Assembly: GCF_009914755.1 (NCBI RefSeq)
Contig: NC_060928.1
From: the human T2T-CHM13v2.0 reference genome, Homo sapiens
Length of the DNA: 64,000 bases
Reading direction: 5' to 3' (one strand)
Under the pieces are notes generated by a model that did not search any database, had not been told where the DNA came from, and saw nothing but the letters and a program-made list of their open reading frames with translations. The translations under genes were made by a program, and so were the position numbers. The stretch's first letter is position 1, and every line of letters starts with the position of its first letter. Shown here piece by piece: positions 1-13,352 of the stretch.

Positions 1-205
1 CCTCTCTTTCAAGATAGTGGCCCCTGTGGTGTATCTTTTGAAGGTCTCATCCTGAGGGAGCTCACCACTTCCCACACAAACCTGCCAAAGTGCCACCCAA
101 AGAAAGTTCATTGTGCTATTGTCACTTAATGGTCATATATTTTCTTCTTCATCAGCCCCCAAATTTCTCATACTCACTACACCTATTTGCAAACAAGCCT
201 GCCCC

Positions 206-248
206 TGCGTGTGTGTGTGTGTGTGTGTGTGTGCGCGTGTGTGTGTGT
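206..248. repeat. (TG)n microsatellite with two GC interruptions
   Basis: Direct reading: tgcgtgtgtg...gtgcgcgtgtgtgtgtgt. Confidence 0.95.
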
Positions 249-738
249 TGCCAGGAGACACAGAGAAATAGGGTTTCTGGATCACAGAAATAGATACTTT
301 ATTCATTGTAAAATGCAGCAGCCAGAGCCCCAGTCCTCACCGAGCAATATAATGAGAGCCAGATGTTACCTCCATATGAACTAGGTTTGTGTCACAAGGA
401 AGAAACTCCAAAATTATAAGAATCAGAACTTACGTAAGGTCTGCTGATACACCTGCCTATCTTCCCAACTGAAAAACAGAGATTATTTGTTAAGCACATA
501 TCCTTGAGGTAAGATGGGGATGAGAGGGGGTCCCTGGGCCTGGAATATAAACAAATTTTTCCAGGAAGGAGAAAGAAAGGCATTACGCCTTTATATCTCT
601 CAGGGAGTTTCTAGTGTTTGAGACTTTCTATAGCTTCCAAAGCTGCTTATTATGTAAACATTGTTTCAGTGCCCTTTGCTCACAAGACCTGGACCACACA
701 GAAACATGAAAATATTTAGAGAGGACTATCCCCCAAGA
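246..738 (-). mobile_element. Old ERVL-class solo LTR (MER54/MER74/MER88-like)
   Basis: Minus strand begins tcttgggggatagtcctctc...tttctgtgtggtccaggtcttgtgagcaaagggcactg...cagctttggaag, resembling the recalled 5' part of this LTR group; minus-strand AATAAA near 298-303. Family uncertain. Confidence 0.45.
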
Positions 739-774
739 GAGTAGATGCCCATATCTTGAGAAAGTGGTCCAGAG

Positions 775-1231
775 ATTTAGCTTGTCTGCACTCCTCAGTG
801 TCTAAAGCATTGGCTAGGAGTACAAAGGCTTGGCTAAGTCCTTTTGCCAGGAACTGCAGTCATCTGGAGACCTCTTCACCCACATGTCATGGAACGGAAT
901 GGCTTGAAAGGCTTGTTCATCTGGAATTGTTGACCTGAACTCTGACACAGGGCTCCTCCACAGGCACTGGACTTCTCACATCTAGGTATGTAGGTCTAAA
1001 AAAGAGCATCTCAATAGAGAGCTTGCCACCAGCAACGGGTTCAAGAGAATCAGTTAGAAGTGGCATGACTTTTCATGACAAACTTTGGAAATCACAGAAT
1101 CACATTTGCTGAACTTAATTGATTTGACAGCAGTCACAAGGCTGATTATGTACTATGGGAGGGGATATAATTCTCACTTGTCAATGGGAAGAGTACCAAC
1201 ATATCTGGGGCCATGTTTTAAAACCACCACA
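775..1231 (-). mobile_element. MLT1-type MaLR LTR fragment
   Basis: Ends in ggccatgttttaaaaccaccaca, the reverse complement of the typical MLT1 start tgtggtggttttaaaacatggcc. Confidence 0.7.
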
Positions 1232-1404
1232 GTCTTGAAAGACATTGGGAACATCACTCACAGGGAGCATGTGAACAAGGTTCCAAAGGTACATAGGCAA
1301 AACAGGCCAAAGCCACAGAAATGTCCATTAGTTATAGTGATACTGAACAAGAGAACAGGTATTAGGATTGAAACATTGAATGATAAAATAATAAAAGTAG
1401 GTTG

Positions 1405-1705
1405 GGCTGAGCACAGTGGCTCACACCTGTAATCCCAGCATTTTGGGAGGCTGAGGCGGGTGGATCACCTGAGGTCAGGAGTTCAAGACTAGCCTGGCCA
1501 ACATGGTGAAACCCCCTCTCTACTAAAAATACAAAAATTAGCTGGGCATGGTGGTGGGCACCTATAATCCCAGCTACTCAGGAGGCTAAGGCAGGAAAAT
1601 CACTTGAACCCTGCAGCTGGAGGTTGCAGTGAGCTTAGATCATGCCACTGCACTCCAGCCTGAGTGACAGAGTGAGACTCCGTTTCAATAATAATAATAA
1701 TAATA
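1405..1705 (+). mobile_element. AluS (Sx-like), full length, (AAT)n tail
   Basis: ggctgagcacagtggctcacacctgtaatcccagc...gatcacctgaggtcaggagttc; TSD aaaa(g/a)taggttg at 1393-1404 and 1705-1716. Confidence 0.95.
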
Positions 1706-2224
1706 AAAATAGGTTGAACAAGTGATGAATATTCCTGAATTTCAGGATAAGTAATGGGTTTTTATCTTTTAGGAAATAAAATGTGATATATCAAAAAATT
1801 ATTATTGAGAAAATTTAAACTTTGTGAGATTACATATAATTTATGATTTATACTGATTTATTTTTATCACGTATTAGGATTTAACATAATCTTTACAGTG
1901 TCTTTCTTGGCCTTTATCATGCCTGGACTTTTAATAGTCTTTCAAAAATTAAATGTATCTTATGGCTAAAAATACAATTGTTGAAGAAAATATTTTGTAG
2001 CTAATAGATCTATACAGAAAAATCATGTTTTTAATTCAAAGACATAAAATTATAATTGACTATTCATGTATAGTTTAATTTACTGATAAATCAAATGACT
2101 GAGAAAAGTTGTTTTTATTCTAGGGGATTTCCAATCCAGAAAAGACGACTTAATATATTTTTGTGCCAGAAGCCAAGTCAGATGCTTCATTTAAAAGCAT
2201 TAATTTAATTCAAAAAAAACCATC

Positions 2225-2410
2225 CCACACATGATTTCCCTAATTTTAACACCTGAGAAATAGACTTACAAGCAGGAATCTTGAGGGACTTATAAAAGAC
2301 TTATACACAGTCTCACTGATAGTGAGGGTAGAATCATTCAGAATTCTGAGAGTTTCAGAATTGGAACCTAGGAACCCCTAGTTTAAATCGTCAGCTTTTC
2401 CTACCTCACT
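2225..2410 (-). mobile_element. MIR fragment
   Basis: Degenerate MIR core (ttttaacacctgagaaatagact...tcactgatagtgagggtagaatc). Confidence 0.45.
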
Positions 2411-4429
2411 TGTCTATCTGATACATCTCATTGGGAAATTCAGTTGCCACACATTATTTCTTAATGCATTTTGGAGTGATTAGCGAAAAGTAAGTCTAAG
2501 TTATGTAGTTACATGTTATATGTGCTGGTTCAAAAAATAAAAGTTATTATCTTACTCTTTTTCATTTTAAGAAGTTATATTCTTCAGAAAAAAAATTGTA
2601 TTTTAAGATACAGACTGAATGCAAGATGATCTAGTTTTCCCAAGTGATCATTTCATCCATTGGTTGTGTGTCAATAAGACAGAAGAATACCTTCAAATAG
2701 AGATATTTAAAAATATGTACACATATATAGCTTGCATTCAGAGACTCCAATGGTTTTAATAATAAATAGTTTCTATATTGGGATATTTAGCAAGATAAAT
2801 TGCATAATTGTAAAATTTTATACAGAAATGAAAATAAATACAACAAAAAATTTTAAATAAAAAAGTAAATAGATTCACTCTTACTAGGAGCTTATCATCC
2901 AATTAAGCTTGTTAAAATAGTTTCCTCATTATAATTTTTAATATTAGTCAACTTTTCTACTTTTCTCTGTCTTTGTTGTAAATAAGCCAAATGCCTATGA
3001 GTGCCCAGGGAAGCTGTTAAAAAATTGTTCTTTTATTTCTTGACCATAAAATAGAAATTATAACATATTCATACAAATAACTAGACTATCATCTAACTTT
3101 CTCCTTCATGAAGCTGATGCAGATGCATGATAGGGTATATTTTGCATTTTACAGAAGACACTTTTACTGTGATTGCAGAAGTCTATTCGGACATAATGCT
3201 TCACATCTTTATGCACTGTCTCATCACTGGAAACCCACGGATGCTATACTATGGCTCAATATAACTCAGCCTAAGTGTAGATACATGGAAACAATTTATT
3301 CATGATTCAGTGGAAAACAAAAATCTCTTTATAATTCTAGGTAAAATATAACAATAGAATTGACAAATATAAAAATAGTAAAAGAAATTAAATTCACCAG
3401 GATCTCAGCAAAAGTACATTATTTTGAAAATTCACCAGGAAAAACCATATATATAAACTGTGAATGAGTTGGAAGAAGAGAAAATTCACTTCTTAAGAAT
3501 CCCTATCCTCAGGATCTACTTTCTCCTTGTCAGAAGAAACCACAAGAGACAAGAAGAAATGTGTATCTTCTTTGCCCACTATTATACCTATAGAAAGGTT
3601 AGATAAGTAAGTTTATGCATAAAGGAATGAAACAGATTAAAGAAAATGCATACTTTTAGGCATGTAGATAAGATATTTTACAGAAATCTGATTGAGAAAC
3701 TGCAGAGTTTAATATGGTGTGATGATAACACAATTTATACAGATTTCAGAGGCAAAATGACATTACTTTCTTATTTATCTTTTAAGGAAAATATGGCATT
3801 TTCATATTCTTCCTTATGTTGCTAAAATAAAAGTACTTAAAAGAGCTAAATCCATGAAGAAATCACCAGATGGAGGGGGAGGACAAGTAGCATATTAGTT
3901 TATATATTAAACTTCCAAAGATTTTTATTTTCCACTTTGATTCATTTTACTTATAATACTAGATCAATCATATAAGCAGTGACACTTTTAAGCTTTAATT
4001 TTTATCTCAACAGAGATATCATTGACTTCTCTAAGTAAAGCTGAGGAGACTTTCTCAGCTGGTAATAAATACATGCTTATTAACAGAAAATAACAGCTTC
4101 TACTATAATTATATTTGTACTTAGCTATAACATTTAAATTTTTTCAGATTTTTTTATCTTTAAGTAACTGTGAAAAGTGGCTAATTATAATCTCAGTAAG
4201 GCTCATCTAGCAGGTAAAAATATAAAAATAATTTTTGATTAGTTCTTATATATGAAATAAGTTATGCTTTCTCTATATGGCCACATGTCTAATTTCCTAT
4301 GAATATTTTAATAAATTATAAATAGTATATACAGAAGATATATTTGAATATACTAATAAGTCTAGTAGTTGCATGCATTGAACTGTTCTTAAATAAATCT
4401 ATATCTTTTCATACCCATTGTTACTTGCC

Positions 4430-5390
4430 TAGTTCAGGCCATTATCATCTCTGGCCTGTAATAGTACAATAGTTTCAAGTACTGAACTCTTTTGATTGAC
4501 TTTCCATACCACAGGGTAACTTAATTAAAAATGAGGTTCAATACCTCCATCTCTTGCTTAAAAATACAAATGGCTTCCCATGGATTTCTGGATTAAGTAT
4601 GTGTATTAATCCATTTTCATGCTGCTGATAAAGACATACCTGAGACTGAGCAATTTACAAAAGAAAGAGGGTTAATGGACTAAAAGTTTCACATGGCTGG
4701 TGAAGCCTCACAATCATGGCTGAAGGCAAGGAAGAGCAAGTCATGTCTTACATGGATGGCAGCAGGCAAAAAGAGAGAATGAGAGCCAAGCAAAATGGGT
4801 TTCCCTTGATCAAACCCTCAGATCTTCTGAGACTTATTCACTATCACAAGAACAACATGGGAAAGACCTACCCCCATGATTCAATTATCTTCCACCAGGT
4901 CCCTCCCACAATACGTGGGAATTATGGGAGTTACGATATGAGATTTGAGTGGGGACACAGAGTCAAACCATTTCAGTATATAAACTCCTTTTAGCACAAA
5001 TTGCAAAGTCCTTCATGGTTCAATAACTTCACGTTCTTCTCTCTTTTCTCCACTCTTCTCATGCAACAGTCCAGCCCCATGGACATATAATGGTATCTTC
5101 CACTTTGGAGGCTTTATCTACCTAATTCTCCTCATTCTTGAAAATTCAATTTAGGCATCCTTCTAGGAAGTCACCACGAATTCTTCTGTCCACTCTGACT
5201 TGGGTATCCATCCTCTGAGCTGCCATGTCACTCTAATTGCTTATATATTTGTGCAGATCTTATTGAACTCTAAGTCGTAAGAGATTGGGAGTGTGTCTGT
5301 CATGCACCCTACTTGCATATCTGGTGACTGGCATAAGAGAATGAAACTGCCCCTCATACTGTAGATGCTCAGTGAATATTTATGGTACTA
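4430..5390 (+). mobile_element. L2 3' fragment, interrupted by THE1
   Basis: tagttcaggccattatcatctct...tggcttcccat; ends with the L2 tail-like catactgtagatgctcagtgaatatttatgg. Confidence 0.6.
4602..4975 (-). mobile_element. THE1B-like MaLR solo LTR
   Basis: tgtattaatccattttcatgctgctgataaagacatacc...ggggacacagagtcaaaccatttca; 5-bp TSD gtatg/gtata. Confidence 0.9.
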
Positions 5391-5542
5391 GAGACAAATA
5401 CTAAAGTTGCATGCACAAAAATGCAAATGTTGCTTTTTTCAAAGTTAATAAAGTTACATTTTGTAATATTCACATTATCTGCATCTTAAAAATAACATTT
5501 TTTTGACAAATTTAGATCTTAACCTTATTGAACACAAAATAC

Positions 5543-5839
5543 TTTTTTTTTTTTTTTTGAGATGGAGTCTCGCTCTGTTGCCCAGGCTGGAGTGCAGTGG
5601 CATGATCTGGCTCACTGCAAGCTCCACCTCCTGGGTTCACGCCATTCTCCTGCCTCAGCCTCCCAAGTAGCTGGAACTACAGGCGCCCACCATGACACCC
5701 GACTAATTTTTTTGTATTTTTAGCAGAGACGGGGTTTCACCGTGTTAGCCAGGATGGTCTGGATCTCCTGACCTCGTGATCCACCCGCCTTGGCCTCCCA
5801 AAGTTCTGGGATTATAGGCGTGAGCCACTGTGCCCGGCC
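5543..5839 (-). mobile_element. AluY, full length
   Basis: AluY diagnostics gcaagctcc..gggttcacgccattctcc and accgtgttagccaggatgg; TSD acaaaatac on both sides. Confidence 0.95.
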
Positions 5840-6789
5840 ACAAAATACATTTTAAAAATATCTCTGGTACCCTAAATAATTCCCATTTCAATCCTGAACA
5901 GAATAGGTATTCAGCTTTTAACTAAATCATATATATATTTTTTTAAATATGTAAATCATGTCTGTCCTTATCCTGAAAGTACTTATTTCATTATGGTTTA
6001 GATAGTTTTCGCTGTTGACTTCACATCTTCATCTTTCTCAATATCCCAAAGTACTTTGAATTATTTTGCTATGTTTAAAACAATTATTGTAAAGAGAACA
6101 AAATGGTTTTTCATTTATTGTAATTTTCATTAATTGTTTCACATAAATGTATTTTTAGGACTAGTGATTCTCTAATGGTACATTTATATATTAAGATAAA
6201 GAAATAAGTATAGAGGGTTTTCATAAATATAACTGAGAATTAAAAAATTAACTGCAGGAAATTCTTTAGCAATTAAAAATTGGAGAATGTCTATAAAATA
6301 TATGAACTCATAGGTAGGATAAGTTTTATTTTTAGTATAACAAACCCATGTTTTTGAACACTGTGATTGATGATATAAAGGATATAACTTACAAGAACAA
6401 TTGAATACTTGGACCATTAGGTGGTTTCTGATGAAATCTATTATCCTTTTATATTACAGATATCATCAAATAAAATAAAATAGTGTGATTTTGGTATAAC
6501 ATTTCTAAAAATACAAAGGTCATCAAATGACCTCTGATCTAAACATTTATTATGACCAAAAGGAAAATAACTATATTTTCAAGATTATTTACATTAAGTA
6601 TTATTAGGTAGGTGTGTATTCATATGATGGATCTCTGACTAGATTAGTTTGTATGTAAATATATTTGAATATAAGCATACACATAAATACATATGTATAT
6701 ATATGCACACACACATATATACACATACTCCAATGCACCAAGACAAAAAGCAAAATAAAGCAAATGTTAATTTTTTTCTAAACAATTAC

Positions 6790-7154
6790 TGATATGGTTT
6801 AGCTCTGTGTCCCCAACTAAATTTCATGTGGAATTTTAATCTGCACATATCAGGGGAGGGACCTGGTGGGAGGTGATTGGATCATAGGGGTTGATTTCCC
6901 TTATTCTGTTCTCATGTTAGTGAGTGAGTTCTCAGAAGAGCTGATGGTTTAAAAGTTTGGCACTACCCTCCTCAATCTCTCTCTCCTGTCACCATGTGAG
7001 ACATGTCTTGCTTCTCCTTCACTTTCTGCCATGATTTTAAGTTTCCTGAGGCCTCCCCATCCTTGCAGAACTGTGAATAAATTAAACCTCTTTTCTTCAT
7101 AAGTTAACCAGTCTCAGGTAGTTCTTTATAGCACTGTGAAAACAAACTAATACA
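6790..7154 (+). mobile_element. MSTA/THE1D-like MaLR solo LTR
   Basis: tgatatggtttagctctgtgtcccc...aaactaataca; exact 5-bp TSD attac. Confidence 0.9.
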
Positions 7155-7261
7155 ATTACCTACTGCTATTCTTTGCAGTTTCCTTAGATGCAACATATTG
7201 GATATTTGTTGAGTAATATTTGCATATATGTAAGCATGAAGCATTAAAAATTGGAAACGTC

Positions 7262-8343
7262 CCTTTTTATGGCTGCATAATGTTCTGCAGTGTATATGTA
7301 CTACATTTTCTTTATACAGTCTTATATGGTTTGGCTGTGCCTCACCCAAGTCTCATATTGAATTGTAGTTCCCATAATTCCCACGTGTGGTGGGAGGGAC
7401 CTGGTGGGAGGTAATTGAATCATGGGTGTGGTTTTCCCATGCTGTTCTCAAGATAGTGAGTAAGTTGTCACGAGAGGTGATGGTATTTTTAAGGGGCTTC
7501 CCCCTTTGCTTGGCTCTCATTCTGCTCCTTCCTGCCACCATGTGAAGAAAGACATGTTTGCTTCTCCTTCTGACATGATTGTAAGTTTTCTGAGACCTCC
7601 ACAGCCCTGCAGAACAGTGAATCAATTAAACTTCTTTACCTTAGAAAGTACCCAGTTGTGAGTATTTATTCATAGCAGCATTAGAAGGAACTAATACACA
7701 GTCTATTATAATGGGCATTTAGGTTGATTCCATGTCTTTGCTATTGTGAATAGTGCTGCAGTGAATGTACGCATCCATGTGTCTTTATAATAGAATGATT
7801 TATATTCCTTTGGTATATACCCAGTAATGGAATTGTTAGGTCAAATAGTATTTCTGTCTTGAGGTCTTTGAGGAATCACCACACTGTTTTCCACAATGGT
7901 TGAACTGATTTACACTTCCACCAACAGTATATAAGCCTTCCTTCGCAGCCATAAAATAAAAATGAGATTATGTTCTTTGAAGGGACATGGGTGGAGCTGT
8001 AGGCCATTATCCTCAGCAAACTAATGCAGTAACAGAAAGCCAGATACCGCACTTTCCTCCTTATAAGTGGGAACTATGTGATAAGAACACACAGACACAT
8101 AGAGGGGAACAACACACTCACTGGGGCCTGTTGAAGGGTGGAGGGTGGGATGAGGGAAAAGATTAGGAGAAATAGCTAATGAGTACCAAGCTTAATACCT
8201 GGGTAAGGAAATAGGCTGCACAAAATCCCCCATGACACATGTTTACCTGTGTAACAAACCTATACATGTACCCCCCAAGTTAAAAGTTAAAAAAAAAATA
8301 ACACCATACTGCTTCACAGTGTAGTAGTACAGTTTCCTTATTT
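7262..8343 (+). mobile_element. 5'-truncated, 5'-inverted L1PA (about L1PA13) with a short extra segment after the poly(A)
   Basis: Minus-strand L1 7262-7943 (split by THE1), plus-strand 3' end 7945-8298 with poly(A); TSD aaaaattggaaa(c/t)gtc at 7246-7261 and 8346-8361. Confidence 0.85.
7322..7698 (+). mobile_element. THE1C/D-like solo LTR inserted into the inverted L1 segment
   Basis: t[t]atatggtttggctgtg...ctaataca; exact TSD cagtc; L1 sequence is continuous across it. Confidence 0.9.
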
Positions 8344-9386
8344 AAAAAAATTGGAAATGTCATTTTTGCCTTTATATATGAATTGTATGTATCTACTCAT
8401 TTTTTGGAAGAAGTTTGCCTCTTTTTCCACAGCATTGTTTGTGGCAAGTGGTAGTAATGTTATATAAAATGATCAATTACATTTAATTATCTCTCTTTGT
8501 TTATATTCTCATGAAAATTGAAATATGCAATCATGGGAATTTTGTCTATATGGCATATGGTATTCAATAAAGAGAGAACAAACACCTTTTTAAATTACTC
8601 AGCCATGACTTTTGCAGCTTTGCTTTATGAATATATTTATAAATCAAAGATCCTATTTCTTAAGATGATGAATGCTAAGTGTTTATTTAAATTCTGGGCT
8701 ATTTACCAACACACACCTCAAAAGTTAGACATTACACAATTATAGAAGATGACTTTCATAACTCCATAAACCAAAGAATCATATATTTATTGCTTATATA
8801 CATATCACAGGGAAATGTATAACAATTTATAAAAATGAAAAATAATAATCACTTTTGGTTTATTTAAATCTTCAAAAATGCAAGTTTTAAAACTCTACAG
8901 TTAGTTTTAGTTCACACTTGCACATTAATAATGCTCTCAATGACTCCAGAACTTTTTATTGTTTCATGAACTGTTTACTTTCTTGATCAAATTAACCAGG
9001 GTTCCTCCAGTCTTGTTTACCCAATTAACTTATTTTTGCATACTATTTTAATTGACAATACAAAGACAAAACTTCATTTTAGACTGTGGCTCTCTGTAAT
9101 TTCTCAAAGTCTGCCTACCACACATGGATTTTCTTATCCATAGATTATATTATATAAATTGTAACCTTACTTGGGACTTAAATGTGAGAGTGAATTATTA
9201 TAACTCTGAAAATCAGACAGTAATTTCAATACTAATGCTCAGATTAGTTGTATATGTTAAAAATCAATTCAAGAAAGTATTCATTAAGCGTCTCTTATTC
9301 CTTCTTCCAAGGCAACAGTCAATGAAACAGACAAGATTATTTTTTCTTAAAGCTTAGATTCTAGTAAAATTGAAATATAATCAGTA

Positions 9387-10197
9387 AATGCAATGGATTA
9401 AATATTCCTGGAAATTCTCTGCCACTACTCTCATAAACAGATGAATATTATTCTCTGTCTTTTGAATCTGAGTAGGCCCTGTGTATTAGTTTGTTCTCAC
9501 TCAGCTAATAAAGACATACCTTAGACTGAGTAATTTATAAAGGAAAGAGGTTTAATGGACTCACATTTGCCACATGGCTGGGGAGACCTCACTATTACAG
9601 TGGAAGACGAAGGAAGAGCAAAGGAACATCTTACATGGTGGTAGGCAAGAGTGTGTGCAGGGGAACTGTCCTTTATAAAACCATCAGACGTCATGAGACT
9701 TATTCATTATCATGAGAACAGCACAGGAAAGACCTGCCCCCATAATTCATTTATCTCCCACAAGGTTCCTCCCATGACACATGGGGATTATGGAAGCTAC
9801 AATTCAAGATGAGATTTAGGTGGGGACACAGACAAACCGTATCACCCTGTGACTTGCTTTAATTAAAATAATGTGGAGAAAATGACATTGTCTAATTTCT
9901 GATACTGGGCCAATAAGATATCAGCAACTGGGGCAAAACCTCATCCAACAGGAGATGTCAAGGTAGAAGACTATGGAGATACTCTACTGGAAAGCTTCAG
10001 CTGAGCTCCCAACTGGCTGTCAACAATCGCCAGTTTTGCAAAGGAATCACCTTAATGTTTTAGCTGGTTGAGCCGCTACATGATTGTAGCTCCAGCCAAG
10101 ACTACACAGAGAAGAATGACTTTCTTGTCAACACTTAGTATCATAAGAAATAATAAGTGATTGTTGCTGTGTAAAGCCATTACATTTTTGAGGTGCA
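9387..10197 (+). mobile_element. Old MLT1 LTR, interrupted by THE1
   Basis: ttgaatctgagtaggccctg|tgacttgcttt...tgacattg and 3' gccattacatttttgaggt motifs of MLT1. Confidence 0.65.
9482..9844 (-). mobile_element. THE1C/D-like solo LTR
   Basis: tgtattagtttgttctcac...ggggacacagacaaaccgtatca; exact TSD ccctg. Confidence 0.9.
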
Positions 10198-10951
10198 AAT
10201 GAAAACCAAAAGGGAAGGCATATTTAAAGTTTTTGATTATGTTTGTTAGAAGAGGAAAAGTATGTGTTAATTATAAAAATAAAGCAAGGAAAGGGAGAAA
10301 AGGAGGAAAAGGCTTACAATTTTAGCTAAAATGGGTAGGGTAAGCCTCCTCATTAAGAATGTAATATTCAAGTGAAAATTCTAAGATTCCCACTATTTTT
10401 GGAACATTTGTTTTCTAGAATTCTGATGCTCACACATTTTTATGGCTCTAGATGCTTACCACAATAGTTTTCAATTATTCGACAGACACCTGGCATCAAA
10501 ATTCCTGAGTTTCTATTTTTCCTTCTCATCAAAAGTTGAAAAATAGTTAAAATAAATTACACTTAGGCCTTTAACGTATTCACAATGAAACCAAAAAGAG
10601 CCATTCAAGATAATTTTGCATTAATAGTACATTCAGTTAGAAGATTATTGTTTAATTTGTGTAAATGGAGAAATCAAAAAGTACACTTACTTGGAGTTGG
10701 GACAAGCAGGTAGGTGACAACTGGGCCAGTAAGACAAGAATTAAAGTGACTGGCCATAAAGCTCATAAAGGCAATAAAGCTAATCCAATTGGTATACAAT
10801 TTTTATATTGAAAATTAATAAATTAATTTTGGTCTATATATATATATATATTTCTCAGGAATTTGGCTGATAAAAATAATTACCAGTAAATTCAGCATCC
10901 ATTAATAAAAATGAATGTATAGTTCTGTAGATCTGAGGGCACACATCATAG

Positions 10952-11151
10952 GCCAGGAATTCCCAATCCTGCTTGACTAGTAAAGGCATCTGAGTTACCA
11001 CCACCACCTGCAGCAACAACAACAATACCTTAATGCCATTCAGACCAATTAACTCAAAACTTGTGAGGATGGTTGTGAAACACAGATTTATTTTAAATCA
11101 CCCTAGTTTATTGGTTAATTTTAATATGCAGTCACATTGAGAACTACTGCT
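10952..11151. mobile_element. MER5-like hAT-Charlie DNA transposon remnant
   Basis: cagaccaattaactcaaaact...ttttaatatgcagtcacattgagaactactg. Confidence 0.6.
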
Positions 11152-11274
11152 ATAATCAATGGTGATTCTCTCCTATTACAATGCTGATGTATGAGTTCAC
11201 TAAAACAGCCAGATTCTCCAAGAAACATCTCTCTTGTCATGTTCTTAACTTACAAAATAATATCTATATGAGAT

Positions 11275-11726
11275 TTTGCAGTGATAATGTTGCATAATTA
11301 GCAACCCTCAAATCAGGGGATTTCAGCAAGCTTATTGCTTTCTTGCTTACTAGGCTGGGAGTTATGAGGCTTTAAGGTGCCTGTGGGGTCAACTCACCTT
11401 GTCTTCAGACTACAGACCACAGTTTGTGTTCAAGACTTTACCTGTCTCATTTGTTGACCCATGCTAAAGAGTCAATGGATCCTTATGATATGGTCTTTTC
11501 ATAATGGATGGCAGGGGATAAAGAGGATTTGTGGAACTCTCTAAGCCTCTTAAGACTTGTGCTCAGAAATGGTGCTGTCACTTATGCTTACATTCTAATG
11601 GACAAAGAACTCCCTATACAAACCCAATGTTTATAAGGCAGAGAAGTATACTCCATCCACAGGGAAGATACAGCTGTGACAGACAGTAGAGGATGCATCT
11701 GGAATAAACAGTACTATTGACCACAC
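11275..11726 (-). mobile_element. Old MLT1 LTR
   Basis: gcagtgataatgttgcataa...ctcagaaatggtgctgtcacttatgcttacattctaatggacaaag...gcagagaagtatactcc. Confidence 0.6.
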
Positions 11727-13204
11727 TGCTCATTTATATACTGATAACATGGTGTACTTGCAGCTTCCAGAAAAGGAAATACAGAAATCATTTTACTTTG
11801 CAAGTGGCTTTCTACATCTCTATCAAGGTTACTGATAACTCTCTTGTATTTGACACAGGTTTGACTAAAGATAACTTACTATCTAATATATACTGAATAG
11901 GAGGATATTTTAATATATTTTCTCAAATAATTGAATATATAAATATGCTTTTATTTTTGTGCTTTATATTATCACTTACATTGTAATATAAAAATATGTG
12001 TTTCATATACTTTTGAGTATGTACTAAAAATGTGGAAAATGAAAAATCCCTATAGGATAAATGTAATATTAATTCATGGCATATATGTTTATAAGTCTAT
12101 ATTTTGTAGTTTCTATTGAAAAAGCTAATTTTTTAAGTCATTTATACATTACTGCATTCTTGCCAAACTTTTGAACAGTTCCAAAAATCTTGCTGCCATA
12201 ATTTTACTAAAGTAAAGTATAGCAGTCATATTTCTGTATTAAATATTGAAAACTAGAAAATTAGAATCAATGTCTTCAGGAAGAGTTTTATTTTTTAAAA
12301 AAATTTATCTAGATTAATCAATTTAGTTGTCTAAATAGCTGAGGTATTCATTCTCTGTTACAATGTATTATGTAGTTACTGTATTAGATTCTCTATAGAC
12401 ACTGTTTTAAAGAGTCACCACAATAAGAAATTATTATACCAACTTTATAGAGAATGACTCTGAGAGCTTCATAATTGGATAAGATAAAGTATGAAATTGT
12501 AAAAAGTAATTCAATTGGATGGTGTCTTTTACTATTATAAAAAATAATTATCACTCTCAGAAGAGTTGCATCAAGTTTAACTCTGTTTTATCTGTTCAGA
12601 TCTACTAAAGATAACAAAAGTTTAGTTATAATTTCCAATTCACCTGATAAATTTATAATTCAAATCAACAAAGATTAAGATAATTTAGTCAGCAAACAAC
12701 TTATTAATTATATTACTAAGGATCTAAAATTAACTTGCCAGAAATCATATTAAATAAATTAATGAAAGAATTCACTTAGGTGCACAGGCGACGGGAACGT
12801 TGAAGGACAATAAAGATTTGTGTGCATAGTTAGTGGCCAGATTTCTCAATCTTTCAAGTGATTTGGCAATTACTACTAAATTAAAATATAAAACTAATTT
12901 AAGTATGTGCATATTTGATAAGAAATGTCATCACGTAGAAAGTTTATTTTTATAAAATGAATATTTGGAATGACCACAAAATTCATGTCTAAACTATTAC
13001 GTGTGAGCTATAATTTATGTTTGAAAGTAAAGTAGGCTTATGACCAAAAATATATTAGGGCATAATAAGTTCATGTACATAGCTGAGATTATGGCTTTGT
13101 TTTAATGATATGTTGCATTTATATAGCACATCACACTGAATAAAGTATGTTAACACACATTATTTTAAGGGTTATTTGGTAAGGATTCAAAATAAAATGA
13201 CATA

Positions 13205-13352
13205 GATTTTGTAGGGTCATTCAAATTTGACAAATAATGAACCTGGGCTAAGAAAGTTGACTAAATTATTCAAAATTAGACTGTAGTTAAGTGGGAATGC
13301 CATGAGTCTAAGCCAGACATTTTGATACAGGTCCAATATTCTCTACACTACA
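13205..13352 (-). mobile_element. MIR fragment
   Basis: tttgacaaataatgaacctgggctaagaaagttgactaaattattcaaaatt...agttaagtgg. Confidence 0.55.

Noticed and set aside
3108-3305. Cys/His-containing 65-aa ORF with a nearby acceptor-like ttttacag
   Set aside because: No recognisable domain spacing, no good downstream donor and no neighbouring exons.
12778-12830. Small CpG cluster followed by AATAAA
   Set aside because: Only three CpGs, with no poly(A) tail or TSD; compatible with chance.
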